DNA of 64,000 nucleotides from Eledone cirrhosa (GCA_964016885.1 OZ024748.1:33418001-33482000), one strand, 5' to 3'. Counted from the first letter of the stretch, positions 24,139 to 38,197 are shown. Notes: generated from the sequence alone by a model not told the origin. Numbers and translations are program-made.

Positions 24139-26103
24139 ATGAAAGTACAGTAGCTAGAGTCAGAACGGGATGGAAAAAGTTCAGAGAGCGTATACCACTA
24201 TTGGCCGCTAATGGGTTCTCTCTAAAAATGAAAGGCAGGCTGTATGATGCCTGCATACGAACAGCAATGTTACATAGCAGTGAGACCTGGGCATTGTGTG
24301 CAGAGGATATACGCAGACTGGAGAGGAACGAAGCTTGCATGCTCTGCTGAATGTGTAATAGTAATATACATGAACGGCAAAGCATAAACGAATTAAGGGA
24401 GAAATTAGGAATAAGAGGGATGAGATGTTGTTTACTTGAGAGAAGACTACGTTGGTACGGTTACGTGATGCGCATGAAAGACTACAGCTGTATAAAAAAG
24501 TGCAGGGCGATAAAAATAGACGGTAGCCACGGAGTAGGCAGACCCAGAAAAACCTGGGATCATCATCATCATCATCACCGTTTTACGTTCTTCCACGCTA
24601 GCATGGGTTAGACGGGTTGTCCTGTTGTGGGCAGTGTCTGGTCGGGTGACCATGCCTTGCTCATAGAGGAACTGATTTGGCTTGATTTCTACAGCTGGAT
24701 GCCCTTCCTAACACCAACCTCATTTACAGTGAGTGCTGGGTGCTTTTTCGTGGCGCCTACACGTCCACTTTACAGTGTGGGCTGGGTGCTTTTTTGCATG
24801 GCACCTCCACGACCACCTTGCGGTGGGGGGTGTGGGGGCATATTGTTTATATGCTTCAGCTTGTACCCATGGGAGGTCGGGTACTCTGTATTACTGTGTG
24901 ACGCCAGAGGTCACGGTCGTGTGTCATTGCCTTTGAGAAGTGTAATTGGGTAAGGTCCGCTTTTATCACCTCATCCCAGGTCATCTTGGGTCTCCCCACT
25001 CCGCGGTTTCCATCAACTTCTAGTGCTCTGCACCTTTTTATGCAGCTGTCATCCTTCATACGCATCACATGCCCATACCAGCGCAACCGCCTCTCCTGCA
25101 CACAGCATTTGATTCCTCTTATGCTCAGTCTCTCTCTCAATTCATTTATGCTTTGTCGTTCACGTATATTACTGTTACACATCCATCGGAGCATGGAGGC
25201 TTCGTTTCTCTCTAATCTACGTAAGTCTTCCACCTTCAACGCCCAGGTCTCACTACCATGCAACATTGCTGTTCGGATACACGCATCATACAGTCTGCCT
25301 TTCATTCTGAGGGAGAAGCCTTTTGCAGCTAGCAGTGGTAGTAGTTCCCTAAACTTCTTCCATCCCGTTCTTATCCTAGTTATTATACTTTCTGAACACC
25401 CACCTCCGCTGCTAATTCGGTCACCTAGGTAGTAGAAGCTGTCTACTGTTTCTACAGAGTCCTCCCAGAGATTTGTGGTACTTGTTTCCTGTGGCTGTTT
25501 GCTGCTTGCTGTCTCAGCACAGCTGCTGCATGTGAAGCCTACATTCTTAATTAAACTTCCTAAGATCCCGCTACATCTCTTGAGTACCCATTGTTTGCAT
25601 TTGATGACTTGATAAATTCCGACCTCACACACTTACACCTCTCCAAGACAATGTCACTGGACCTAGATCTTTGGCGCTACACAGTAATACAGAAGACCCA
25701 CCTTGCCTAAGTGCAAAGCGAAACCTACAGTCAGTAGGCACCTCTAACAAAAATACACTCCTGTCCCACTACCCCCACCCCATCCACACCACCCCCTTCA
25801 ATGTGAAGTTATGTTGGTACCACAACATCCAGTCCGAAACGAATGAAGTCGTGTAGGTGTCACGACAAAAAAAACACACCCAGTCCACGCTGTAATGTGG
25901 CTGTGTAGGTAACACGGTAAAAACCTCCCAGTCCACACTGTAAACGTGGTTGGTGTTAGGAAGGGCATCCAGCCGTAGAAAACCCGCCAGACAGTCCTAT
26001 ACGAGCAGGACAACCAATCTTGCCTCAAGTGGGAAAACTCCCGTCCAAACCCTTGCAAGTGTGGTAGATGGACGTTAAACGATGATGATGATGATGATGA
26101 TGA
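24139..26103 (+). mobile_element. RTE LINE 3' fragment (subfamily A) interrupted by an antisense RTE
   Basis: ESTVARVRTGW..RPRKTWD|DLINSD resumes at 25603, with a (GAT)n tail. Empty site tcaatgatattaat at ~60861. Confidence 0.92.
24561..25603 (-). mobile_element. RTE LINE 3' fragment (subfamily B), nested antisense
   Basis: ORF 24856-25632. Near-identical to 6511-7500. Confidence 0.93.
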
Positions 26104-26122
26104 TATTAATAAATGGAAACAA

Positions 26123-26221
26123 TATTTATAAAACCATATTTATTCTATTATATATATTTCAAGGGTACCAAAACTTCGGTACGCTCTCATCAGATGAAAT
26201 ACAAAGTTTGTTTTATAAATA
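26123..26221 (-). ncRNA. Type I hammerhead ribozyme motif (family E) 3' of the ZNF array, core intact
   Basis: Minus strand reads tatttataaaac..tatttcat CTGATGA gagcgtaccgaagttttggtaccctt GAAA tatata T A atagaata..gttttataaata. 12-bp outer helix I, long helix II, palindromic helix III, ATA triplet. Confidence 0.8.
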
Positions 26222-26529
26222 GTGACATACCTAGGAATGATACCTTAACGGTTCAAGTTTCTCCTGGATAGTGAAAGGAAAGAGAGAAAAAGAGAAGAAA
26301 GGAAAAAACAAATATTTCAAATTATTTTCATGAATATGCAGATGATAATTTACCACAAATATTACAGTGATATGGCTTTTCTCCAGTATATATATATGTT
26401 TCTATGTAGTTAATGTAGCAATGAAAGAGAATAATTTCTCCCCAATATCACAGTGGTATGTCTTCTCACTCATATAAATGTCTTTGTGTTTAATTAATTC
26501 AGCATTTTGAGATAAGAGATATGACTTTG

Positions 26530-27752
<1,223 letters not shown>

Positions 27753-28074
27753 GACTTTTTCTTCAACAGAATATACAAATGTTTTACTTGTAATATTTCT
27801 TATATCTTATTCCTAAAAATATTTCTTCTTCTATATTTCCCTCAACTGTGATTTCAGTTAATATCTGAAGATAATACAAACTTACGTTTCACCCAAGTTT
27901 AGTTAAAATACAAATCCATCTGATAGTGAAGAAAATAAACTCACCTCTGAGGAAATATGAATAAACAGTGTTATATAAGTACTGTTTAAAATGTTTTAGT
28001 CTTCAAATGATGATAAATAGAGGTGATGTATCCGAGATTGAAAATAATAATTTATCTCAATGTCATCTGGTATT

Positions 28075-28094
28075 CTGAAAAGAAAAAGAAACAG
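28075..28094 (-). promoter_or_regulatory. Splice acceptor of the ZNF coding exon
   Basis: Minus strand ctgtttctttttcttttcag|aata. Conserved at 63280-63299. Confidence 0.65.
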
Positions 28095-28428
28095 TATGAG
28101 ATAATAGAGAATACTTTAGAAGAAGCGATAGATTTAACAGTGGAAATTTTATATTTCTATATTGGTAAACTGTAGATATCAACTTTCCTGTCCAAAGCAA
28201 TTCTATCCAATGTAAGCACTGGTATTCAAGCAAGCTCTATAAATTATATCCTTCTATCTCTTGGGAGTGAAAAATTCATTCTGATAGCACTTTCTAACGT
28301 AGCTATCATCTCCTCTCCTGGTGTCATGTCAACACCGGTTTAACATATACATATATAAATATATATATGCACACACATACACACACACATGTATACATAT
28401 ATATACATATATATATGTATATATATAT

Positions 28429-29700
28429 ATGCAACTTTTACAAACAACCGCAGTGACAGAGGACGGAGACATCGTTATGCTAGCAGGGGACTTCAATGGT
28501 CATGTTGAACAGCTCCAGGATGGTTACATTGGGGATACATGGTGGGCACAGTTACGGCTCAAGAAATGAAGAAAGAATGAGACTTCTTGAATTTTGTGAT
28601 GCAAGTACACTAACTATTTGCATCACTAAATTCCAGAAACCTGCCAACCACCTAATAACCTACAAATCAGGCGAGCACATAAGCCAGATTGACTTCTTAA
28701 TAGTTAGGCAGCGGGACAGGCAGATGGTGTCAAAATACCAAGGCATACCATGGGGAAGAATGTACCCCACAGCATAGGTAAGTCGTTAGTGCAATCTCAG
28801 TAAGCAAGAGATGGAATGAGACATACAGGAAGGTGTGTAAAAGAAAGGTCTGGAAGCTAAAAGACTTTTCACTAAAATACAAATTTAGGAAAGCCCTTCA
28901 AGATGTGAATGACGAAAAAGAAGAAGATTTAGAGATGTATGACATAGATAATAACTGGAATTTCTCACGTGACAACTTACTGCAGGCAACTGATGAAACT
29001 TGTGGCTGGAGCAGAGCTCCAACCAGACAGAGAGTGACCTGGTGGTGGAACAGCACAGTAGATAGGGCCATTAGAGACAAAAGACTAGCATGGAGAGCTT
29101 GGAAAAAGGGTGGGAGTAGGGAAGGATATACAGCCGCTAAGAGAGAATCTAGACGTCAGGTGTACTTAGCACGCAGGGAGGCTGAGAGTAGGAGGTTTGC
29201 CAATGTTCTGCGACGAGAAGATCAGAGGCGTGCGGTGTTCCACATTGCGAGGCAGTGTGTCAATGCAAATCAGGATGTTGTTGGAGATAAATGTGTCCGG
29301 GATGATGCCGGTGTACTTAGTGTCACGAATGATCAGAAAAAGGAGGCCTGGAAATGTCATTACGAGAGACTGATGAATGTGGAGAATGAATAGGAGAGAG
29401 AGAAATTACCCTCAGTAGACCCGACAGAGGGACCAGCTATTGAGATTGACGAATATAGGGTCCAAGTGGCAATTAAGGAAATGAAAAATGGTAAGGCTGC
29501 TGTACCGTCGGGGATAGTTGCTGAGATGCTGAAGGCAACAGGAGACGTAGGCACTAAACTGGTTGCATGCATCATCAATCAGGCTATATATGGTGGTGTC
29601 ATACCCAAAGACTGGTGCAGCAGTATTCACATAAATTGCTACAAAGGTAAAGAGGATGCTCTGGAGAGGAGCAATTATAGGGGTATAAAACTGATGGATC
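28429..29700 (+). mobile_element. RTE LINE internal fragment (pre-duplication)
   Basis: Orthologue of 200-908, extending to YRGIKLMD. Confidence 0.9.
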
Positions 29701-30624
29701 AGCTTCCAATGGTGGGACGGGTCTTATTCAGCACAGCATCTCTCCACTTGTCACGGTCCTTCGTCATCTCCACCGTGAGCTTCAGTAATCTGAGGTCTGT
29801 TCTCACCACCTCCGCCCATGTTTTTCGTGGTCTACCTCTAATACGTCTTCCTGCAACTGGCATTTCCTGGCACTTCTTCACCCATCGGTCATTCTCCATG
29901 TGCATCACATGTCCAAACCACCTCAGTCTCCTCTCCCGTACACTACATTCTATCCCTCTCAGACACAGTTTCTCTCTCAACACATCCATGCTGGGTCATT
30001 CACACACATTGACACTGCACATCCAATGGAGCATGCTTGCCTCATTTCTCTCCAGCCGTCGCATATCCTCTGCAGTTGCTGCCCATGTCTCACTACCATG
30101 CATCATTGCACTCCTCACACGGGCATCATATAACCGGCCTTTCATACGTAGGGAGAAACCCTTTTTCGACAGCAGACGAAGCAGCTCCCTAAACTTCTTC
30201 CAATCCGTCCTTATTCTAGATACTATGGCCTCGGAACACCCCCGCCTCTCATGCTAATCTGATCTCCTAGGTACCGGAAGCTATCCACCACTTCTATAGC
30301 ACCCGCCTGCATTTGAAAAATGTGTCTATTACTGCGACCTCTACTGTCTAATTCCCTTGTACATCTACTGCATACGTATTTCTCTCTACCTGTTAGTTTG
30401 CCTTCTATCCCACTACATCTCTTGTGTACCCATGATCTGCATTGTGTGCATTTTATAGAATTTATGCCAGTTCCATATCTGCATATCGAACATGGCCATT
30501 TCCCTGACAAAATCAGAGTTTTGTCCTCTTTTCTACTCATCAACACTTTTGTCTTAGCTAGGTTGACTCTCCATCCTCTTAATTCCAACTGCTGTTTCCA
30601 TAGCCAGAATTTATTCTCTAGCTC
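29701..30624 (-). mobile_element. RTE LINE 3' coding fragment (another subfamily)
   Basis: VNLAKTK, KWPCSIC..HKRC..CSRC, YLG and ERRLRWFGH motifs. Confidence 0.9.
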
Positions 30625-33600
30625 GCCCTACGAGTCTCGACAAATGCCCAAAACTCCGAGTTGGTACCATCAATGTAAGCACAATGAAAGGAAGAGCAGG
30701 AGAAATCGTAGAAATGCTAGAGCGAAAGGAAATTGATGTATGCTGTGTGCAAGAGACTAGATGGAGATTAGAGTCTGCTAGAGTCCTTGTAGGAAAAAAT
30801 CAGTGCTACAAATTTTTCTGGGTGGGAAATGACGATGGGTTGGGTGGTGTAGGTATACTACTAGCTGACAAGTGGGTAGGAAAAGTAATCTCAGTGTACA
30901 GGGTAAATGCAAGAATCATTAAACTCAGACTAGTCCTGAATAAAACAATTACCTCAATAATATCAGCTTACGCACCCCAATCGGGGTTGCCAGACGAACT
31001 TAAGGATAGGTTTTACGAGTCCCTAATGTACGGACAGAGGATGGTTACAGTGACTGGTTTGAGGTGGTTACTGGCATGCGTCAAGGTTGCTCGCTCTCTC
31101 CAATTCTCTTTGCCTTAGCCATTGATTGGGTACTAAGAAGAGCGTCTAAAGACCAGGGTATATCTTGGGTGGGAGAGCAAAAGTTGTCTGACCTGGACTT
31201 TGCGGACAATATTGCTGCACTTGCAGAGCACAGGTGACCTGCAAATCATTGTGAACAATATCAATGTCGAAGCAGGAAGCTTAGGTCTCAATATCAGTGC
31301 CAAGAAGACCAAAAGCATGTTATCTGGGACACACTCATCACCAACTAGTGTCTTCATTGAACAGGGGGAGGTGGAGATAGTGGACAACTTCACCTACCTA
31401 GGAAGCTCCATTAACAATGAGGGCACCATGGACAGTGAATTGCAATGTAGAATGGGAAAGGCTTCAGCAGCATTTAACCAGCTTGACAAGATCTGGAAGA
31501 GCAGGAAGTTCACCCTCAAAACAAAGATGAGATTCTACAACAGCAACGTGCTGTCCACACTCTTGTACGGAAGTGAAACATGGCACCTTAAGACCAGCCA
31601 AGAGAAGAAGTTGGACGCATTCGATGCCAGGTGTCTGCGAAAGATCATGGGGATTAAATGGAGTGGCCATGTAACAAACCAGGAAGTCAGGAACCGCACC
31701 AAACCAGCAGCTAGTCTCTTCTACCATCTGCAAGCGACGCCTGGGCTGGTGTGGACATGCTTTGAGACTTCCCCCGGAGAGACTGGCGAACGAAGTACTT
31801 AAATGGAGCCCACAGGAAAGCAGGCGGAGAGGGCGACCCAATATGAAGTGGGGCCAGAGAGTTCAGAGGGACCTGCGAGCGACAAACAGACAATGGCAGG
31901 ACACTGTGTAACTGGCTGCTGACCGAACGCGATGGAACATTATGATTGCTTCATGCGTTGCAAGACGCGGGAGCTTCTGAGTCTGAGTAATGCACACTAC
32001 TGCTCTAACAAACGACAATGACTTCCTAATCATCGCAGGAGATTTTAACAGACACATAGGTAAACACTGTGACGGCTTCAATAGAGTCCATCGAGCCCAC
32101 GGGGTTGGCACAAGAAATGAAGAAGGATTCAGACTTCTAGAATTCTGCGACACCAATGACATGTCGATATGTAACACAAACTTCAATAAACCCGACAACC
32201 ACCTGATCACCTATAGATCAGGGGAGCATTCTATTCAGATAGATTTTATCCTCATCAGAGGACGTGACAGATGGACGGTCGTAAACACAAAAGCCTACCC
32301 TAGTGAGGAATGTACCTCCCAACATAGCTTAGTTGTCAGCGACCTCACGGTCAGAACTAGACGAACCTGGAAACAGAGGCCAACCTGGAGAAGAAAGATC
32401 TGGAAGCTGAAAGACCCCTCAGCCAGTAACAGATTTAAAGATATTTTACTCAACGCCTATGACAGTAAAGAAGAACAGATACAGACATTCAATGTAGAAG
32501 AGCACTGGAAGTTCCTAAAAAATAACTTACTAGAGGCGACGGATGAGATCTGTGGCTGGAGTAAGACCACAAGCAGCAGGAGAGTGACTTGGTGGTGGAA
32601 CAATAAGGTAGATGAGGCAGTTAAGGCCAAGAGACAGGCATGGAAAGAATGGAAGAACGGGGGGAGCAGGGTACATTACATAGAGACCAAGAGGGAAGCT
32701 AGGTGACAAGTATAATTAACTAGGAGGGAAGCAGAGGATAGAAAATTCAAGCATGTTTTGCAAAGTAAGGACCAGAAACAGGAGGTGTTCAAGATTGCGA
32801 GGCAGCGTGTCAGAGAGAATTATGATGTCATTGGAGAGAAGTGTATCCGGAATGATAAAGGTGAGCTTGCCCTCACAAGTGCTGAGAAGAAAGATGCATG
32901 GAAGAGCCATTATGATAGATTACTAAATGAGGATAATGCATGGGAAGAAGAGACCCTACCCCAAGTAGACCCTATAGAGGGGCCAGCAGTACAAGTCAGC
33001 AGCTGCGTAGTAAGTAAAGCAATCAAAGATATGAAGATGGGGGAGGCAACCGGTCCATCGGGTATAGCTGCCGAGATGCTGAAGGCATCTGGGTCTGTAG
33101 GTCACACTATAACCACACGTATTGTTAACCAGGTAATATTAGAAGGTGTCATACCAAAAGATTGGTGCAGTAGTATCATTGTCAACTGCTACAAAGGTAA
33201 AGGTGATGCACTAGATAGAGGAAACTATAGAGGTATAAAGCTGATGGACCAGGTCATGAAAGTAACAGAAAGAGTTATAGCACAGTTGATTAGGGACCGG
33301 GTGAAACAAGCTGAAAAAGTAAGCCACTCTACCTGGCATTCGTCGATCTCAAAAAAGCTTTTGATAGAGTTCCACGTGCTGTAATCTGGTGGGCTCTTAG
33401 AAAACTAGGAGTAGAGGAATGGCTTGTGAAAGCTGTACAAGCCATGTATAGGGGAGCAGTCAGCAAAGTTAGGATTAGCAATGAGTATAGCGAGGGATTT
33501 AGCGTACAGGTTGGTGTCCACCAGGGCTCTGTTCTTAGCCCTCTCCTGTTCATCATAGTCCTGCAGGCAATAACGGAGGAGTTTAAGACCGGATGCCCAT

Positions 33601-34882
33601 GGGAACTCCTGTATGCTGATGACCTCGCACTTATAGCTGAATCTATGGTAGAACTAGAGAAGAAATTCCAAACTTGGAAGCAGGGCTAGAAAGAAAGGGT
33701 CTCAAAGTCAACATGACAAAGACTAAGGTCCTTGTAAGTAGACGAGAAAACAGAACCCAGATCCCTTCAGGGAAATGGCCTTGCTCAGTATGTAGGAAAT
33801 GTGTAGGTAGGAACTCCATTCTCTGCCCCAAATGCAAACAATGGGTACACAAAAGATGTAGCGGGATCTCAGGAAGCTTAATTAAGAATGTAGGCTTCAC
33901 ATGCAGCAGCTGTGCTGGGACAGCAAGCAGCAAACAGCCACAGGAAACAAGTACTACCAATCTCTGGGAGGGCTCTGTAGAAACAGTAGACAGCTTCTGC
34001 TACCTAGGTGACCGAATTAGCAGCGGAAGTGGGTGTTCAGAAAGTACAATAACTAGGGTAAGAACGGGATGGAAAAAGTTCAGGGAACTACTGCCACTGC
34101 TAGCTGCAAAAGGCTTCTCCCTCAAATTGAAAGGCAGACTGTATGATGCGTGTATCCGAATAGAAATGTTACATGGTAGTGAGAACTGGGCGCTGAAGGT
34201 GGAAGACTTACGTAGATTAGAAAGAAACGAAGCCTGCATGCTCCGATGGATGTGTAATAGTAATACACGCAAACGACAAAGCATAAATGAATTGAGAGAG
34301 AGACTGAACATAAGAGGAATCAAATGCTGTGTGCAGGAGAGGCGGTTGCGTTGGTATGGACATGTGATGCATATGAAGGACGACAGCTGCATAAAAAGGT
34401 GCAGAGCACTAGAAGTCAATGGAAACCGAGGAGTGGGGAGACCCAAAAGGACCTGGGATGAGGTGATAAAAGCGGACCTTACCCAATTACACCTCTCAAA
34501 GGCGATGACACATGACCGTGACCTTTGGCGTCACGCAGTAATACAGAGTACTCGACCTCCCATGGGGACAAGCTGAAGCATATAGACAATATGCGCCCAC
34601 ACCCTCCCACTGCAAGGTGGTCGTGGAGGTGCCACGGCAAAAAAGCACCCAGCCCACACTGTAAAGTGGACATGTAGGCGCCACGGAAAAACCACCCAGC
34701 ACTCACTGTAAATGAGGTTGGTGTTAGGAAGGGCATCCAGCTGTAGAAATCAAGTCAAAATCAGTTCCTGTATGAGCAAGGCATGGCCAGCCGACCAGAC
34801 ACTGCCCACAACAGGACAACCCGTCTAACCCATGCTAGTATGGAAGAACGAACGTAAAACGGTGATGATGTTGATGATGATG
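30625..34882 (+). mobile_element. Near full-length RTE LINE (subfamily B) with nested insertion and internal deletion
   Basis: APE 30684-31028 resumes at 31990. RT with a deletion near 33305. ORF 33674-34576, 3' UTR and (GAT)n tail. Confidence 0.93.
31029..31987 (+). mobile_element. 5'-truncated RTE-clade LINE lacking the PHD insert, nested
   Basis: GMRQGCSLSP..DLDFADN..FTYLGS..LLYGSETW, (ctgagt) tail, TAATG duplicated at 31024-31028 and 31988-31992. Confidence 0.88.
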
Positions 34883-35376
34883 AGCTCCTCTACTGATTCT
34901 GCTATAAGAACCAGATCGCCAGCATAGAGAAATTCCCATGGACAGCCAGTCTTAAACTCCTCTGTTATGGCTTGGAGGACTATAATGAACAAGAGCGGAC
35001 TGAGGACTGAGCCTTGATGTACTCCTACTTGTATCTGGAATTCCTCACTAAACTCCATTCCTACTCTCACTTTACTGACGGCACCTCTGTACAAAGTTTG
35101 CACTGTCCGCACAAGCCATTCCACAACACTTAGTTTCTTTAAGGACCACCAGATGACAGATCGAGGTACCCTATCAAAGGCCTTCTCTAGGTCAACAAAG
35201 GCTAAGTATAGTGGCTTATTTTTCTCTAAGAACCTCTCTTGTAATTGTCTCACCAAGAAGAGGGCATCTGTTGTACTCTTCCCAGGCACAAAACCAAACT
35301 GCATCTCATCTAGTTTAACCCTTTCACTAATTAGTTGTGCTAATATCCTTTCTGCCACTTTCGTAACCTGATCCAC
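34883..35376 (-). mobile_element. RTE LINE RT fragment
   Basis: [26 protein letters not shown]. Confidence 0.9.
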
Positions 35377-35592
35377 ATATTTATATATATATATATATTT
35401 CGTTTCTGGATTTGTTTAGCAAGATTCTTTATCTGAAAACGTGTGTTGAAACCGATATTGTTATACTTTGGGAGGGTCATGTTGCCAATAAGAAACACAC
35501 GCACCAGTTGCTTTCACTTCAATTTATTATAATAAATTTATAAATTTCCGGTTGGTTGGTTGGTTCCACAACCAGATGGTTGTTTATATATT

Positions 35593-35635
35593 GTCAAAGT
35601 TCTTTCGTCACACATTCTGTGACCTCTTCAGTGAC
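35593..35635 (-). ncRNA. Minimal type I hammerhead (family D) in PLE pseudo-LTR
   Basis: Minus strand reads gtca CTGAAGA g gtcaca gaatg tgtgac GAAA gaac T T tgac. Confidence 0.8.
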
Positions 35636-35819
35636 TGGGGATTCTTTTCTTTGTTTTTGTGCCTCTCCTTTGTTCTGTCCTATGCCATCTTGTTTCTGTG
35701 TGTGCGTTTATTTATTTGTTTATTTACATGTTACTGGTTGGTTGTTTGTTTTATGTGCATGTGTGTTTCCATTTTGTTCTTAATTGTAAGTTGTGATGTT
35801 GCTGTTCCACTCATGTTTT

Positions 35820-37400
35820 CTATTTAATTTTGGTTGTAATTCTTTTGTTTATTGCCTCTGTGATTTGTCTAAACATTGCGCCTTTTCTGTGTGTAGTTTC
35901 TATTTTTATTTCTATGTTCTCTAATTTACCCTTATGTTCTATTTTAGCATGTTGGTAGAGTACAGATGATTCTTTACTATCTTGAAGGTCTCGCCAGTGT
36001 TCATTTATCCGTTCCCCTACACTACGAGCTGTCTCACCTATGTACACTATATTTTTATCTCTACATTGTCCTCCAGTACATCTTATGCTATATACTACAT
36101 TTCTAGTTATACAGTTAATATGGGGGCTTAATTTACAGGTTATACATTTCTTATCTATACAGGAGGCTCTTTGAAAAGGGTATGTCTTGCTAATAAGTGT
36201 TTTTATGGAGGTACCTGGTCTTTCTACTATCTTACTATTGAGTTTATGTTTATCTAGGGCCCTTCTAAATTTGTAAGCTAATTCACCTCTCGGGGTTGTA
36301 TCGATGAACATTACACTCTGGTATTTATTGCTATCATACCATGAGTTTATTCTATTAGCCTTATTCCTAGTTCTTTCTATTCTATTCCAAAATTTGCTCC
36401 TATACAAGGGGCAGGTCCCATTTATGTCATTATTTACCATTTTTTCCCATTTGGTTCTGGCTCCTTTATACACTCTGATTTTATCTCTCTGATTGTAACC
36501 AGAGAACTGCATACGGTGGATGAAGTGTTGTATGTGTCTCTCTAGTTCTTCGGGGTTGCACATGCGGGACACGTTTCTCATCACCCGTACCAAATCCGCA
36601 ATCAGTATGTTGATTTTGGTATGGTCCGAAACAGCTGCGTTTCGGTGGATAAGATATTTGGAAGTCATGGGTTTGGCATAATGGGAATGGAGGATTTGTC
36701 TTTTGTTATTAATGGTATCTAACCAGAGCGCTGTGTCTAGTACAGGTAATCGATGGTTGGGGTGTTTGCTTGGGTAGTCTATAGTAACTCTAATACTCTG
36801 GTGGATGGAGTTAGCTATTTGCTGGATGCTTTCCATTGTGTTTTTCTCTAGCTCCTGACTGTTCTCTAGTGGGGGTGTCTTAACTACGATGTTTATATCA
36901 TCAACGTAGCGGGAGTACATTATCAGGGTTAAGGGGTCTTCTAATTGTTCTTTAAGTTTAAGTTTAAGTCTACTGTCCCACCATACCATGAATAAGTTAG
37001 CTATGTCGCCTGCAATGATAAGACCAATGGCTGCTCCCTCCTCTTGGGCATATGTTTTTCCATTAAATTTGAACATATGTTCCTTAAGGGTTAATTTTAT
37101 GCTGTCCCCCACCGCATGTGCAATCATTTTCTTTAGTTCATCGTGGTTTTCGGGGGTCCGTATGGCTCTGGTCCACCCATTCCATCTATCTGTGTGGGTT
37201 TTCTTGGCCATTGAGGTAATGGTAGGTGGTCTGCCTCTTGCTGGTCTTGTAGGGCACAGGTTGCTAAGGTCATATGTGTCTAGATAATTATTACTATAGG
37301 TAAGTTTAAGTAGGAGTCCCAGCTCACTGGTATCAATCCCACGGAAATCAACATTGCTCTCACTGATCATTTCAATGCATTTCTCCACAGCAAAATCCAC
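35820..37400 (-). CDS. PLE reverse transcriptase-GIY-YIG endonuclease (5'-truncated, terminal frameshift)
   Basis: QEEGAAIG, YSRYVDDI, LPVLD, Cx4Cx2C linker, NVVYSIRC..YIGETAR..ERINEH. Confidence 0.9.
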   Translation of the reverse strand: MDFAVEKCIEMISESNVDFRGIDTSELGLLLKLTYSNNYLDTYDLSNLCPTRPARGRPPTITSMAKKTHTDRWNGWTRAIRTPENHDELKKMIAHAVGDSIKLTLKEHMFKFNGKTYAQEEGAAIGLIIAGDIANLFMVWWDSRLKLKLKEQLEDPLTLIMYSRYVDDINIVVKTPPLENSQELEKNTMESIQQIANSIHQSIRVTIDYPSKHPNHRLPVLDTALWLDTINNKRQILHSHYAKPMTSKYLIHRNAAVSDHTKINILIADLVRVMRNVSRMCNPEELERHIQHFIHRMQFSGYNQRDKIRVYKGARTKWEKMVNNDINGTCPLYRSKFWNRIERTRNKANRINSWYDSNKYQSVMFIDTTPRGELAYKFRRALDKHKLNSKIVERPGTSIKTLISKTYPFQRASCIDKKCITCKLSPHINCITRNVVYSIRCTGGQCRDKNIVYIGETARSVGERINEHWRDLQDSKESSVLYQHAKIEHKGKLENIEIKIETTHRKGAMFRQITEAINKRITTKIK

Positions 37401-37411
37401 GTCAATCCCAC

Positions 37412-38197
37412 ATGTGCAACCCCGAAGAACTAGAGAGACACATACAACACTTCATCCACCGTATGCAGTTCTCTGGTTACAATCAGAGAGATAAAATCAG
37501 AGTGTATAGAGGAGCCAGAACCAAATGGGAAAAAATGGTAAATAATGACACAAATGGGACCTGCCCCTTGTATAGGAGCAACTTTTGGAATAGAATGGAA
37601 AGAACTAGGAATAAGGCTAATAGAATAAACTCATGGTATGATAGCAATAAATACCAGAGTGTAATGTTCCTCGATACAACCCCTAGAGGTGAATTAGCTT
37701 ACAAATTTAGAAGGGCCCTAGATAAACATAAACTCAATATTAAGATAGTAGAAAGACCAGGTGCCTCCATAAAAACACTTATTAGCAAGACATACCCTTT
37801 TCAAAGACGCCCCTGTATAGATAAGAAATGTATAACCTGTAAATTAAGCCCCCATATTAACTGTATAACTAGAAATGTAGTATATAGCATAAGATGTACT
37901 GAAGGACAATGTAGAGATAAAAATATAGTGTACATAGGTGAGACAGCTCGTAGTGTAGGGGAACGGATAAATGAACACTGGCGAGACCTTCAAGATAGTA
38001 AAGAATCATCTGTACTCTACCAACATGCTAAAATAGAACATAAGGGTAAATTAGAGAACATAGAAATAAAAATAGAATCTACACACAGAAAAGGCGCAAT
38101 GTTTAGACAAATCACAGAAGCAATAAACATAAAAGAATTACAACCAAAATTAAATAGAAAACATGAGTGGGACAGCAACATCACAACTTACAATTAA
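37412..38197 (+). CDS. PLE thumb-linker-GIY-YIG fragment (inverted copy)
   Basis: Near-identical to the C-terminal half of ORF 35820-37400, and keeps the intact end QPKLNRKHEW. Confidence 0.88.
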   Translation: MCNPEELERHIQHFIHRMQFSGYNQRDKIRVYRGARTKWEKMVNNDTNGTCPLYRSNFWNRMERTRNKANRINSWYDSNKYQSVMFLDTTPRGELAYKFRRALDKHKLNIKIVERPGASIKTLISKTYPFQRRPCIDKKCITCKLSPHINCITRNVVYSIRCTEGQCRDKNIVYIGETARSVGERINEHWRDLQDSKESSVLYQHAKIEHKGKLENIEIKIESTHRKGAMFRQITEAINIKELQPKLNRKHEWDSNITTYN

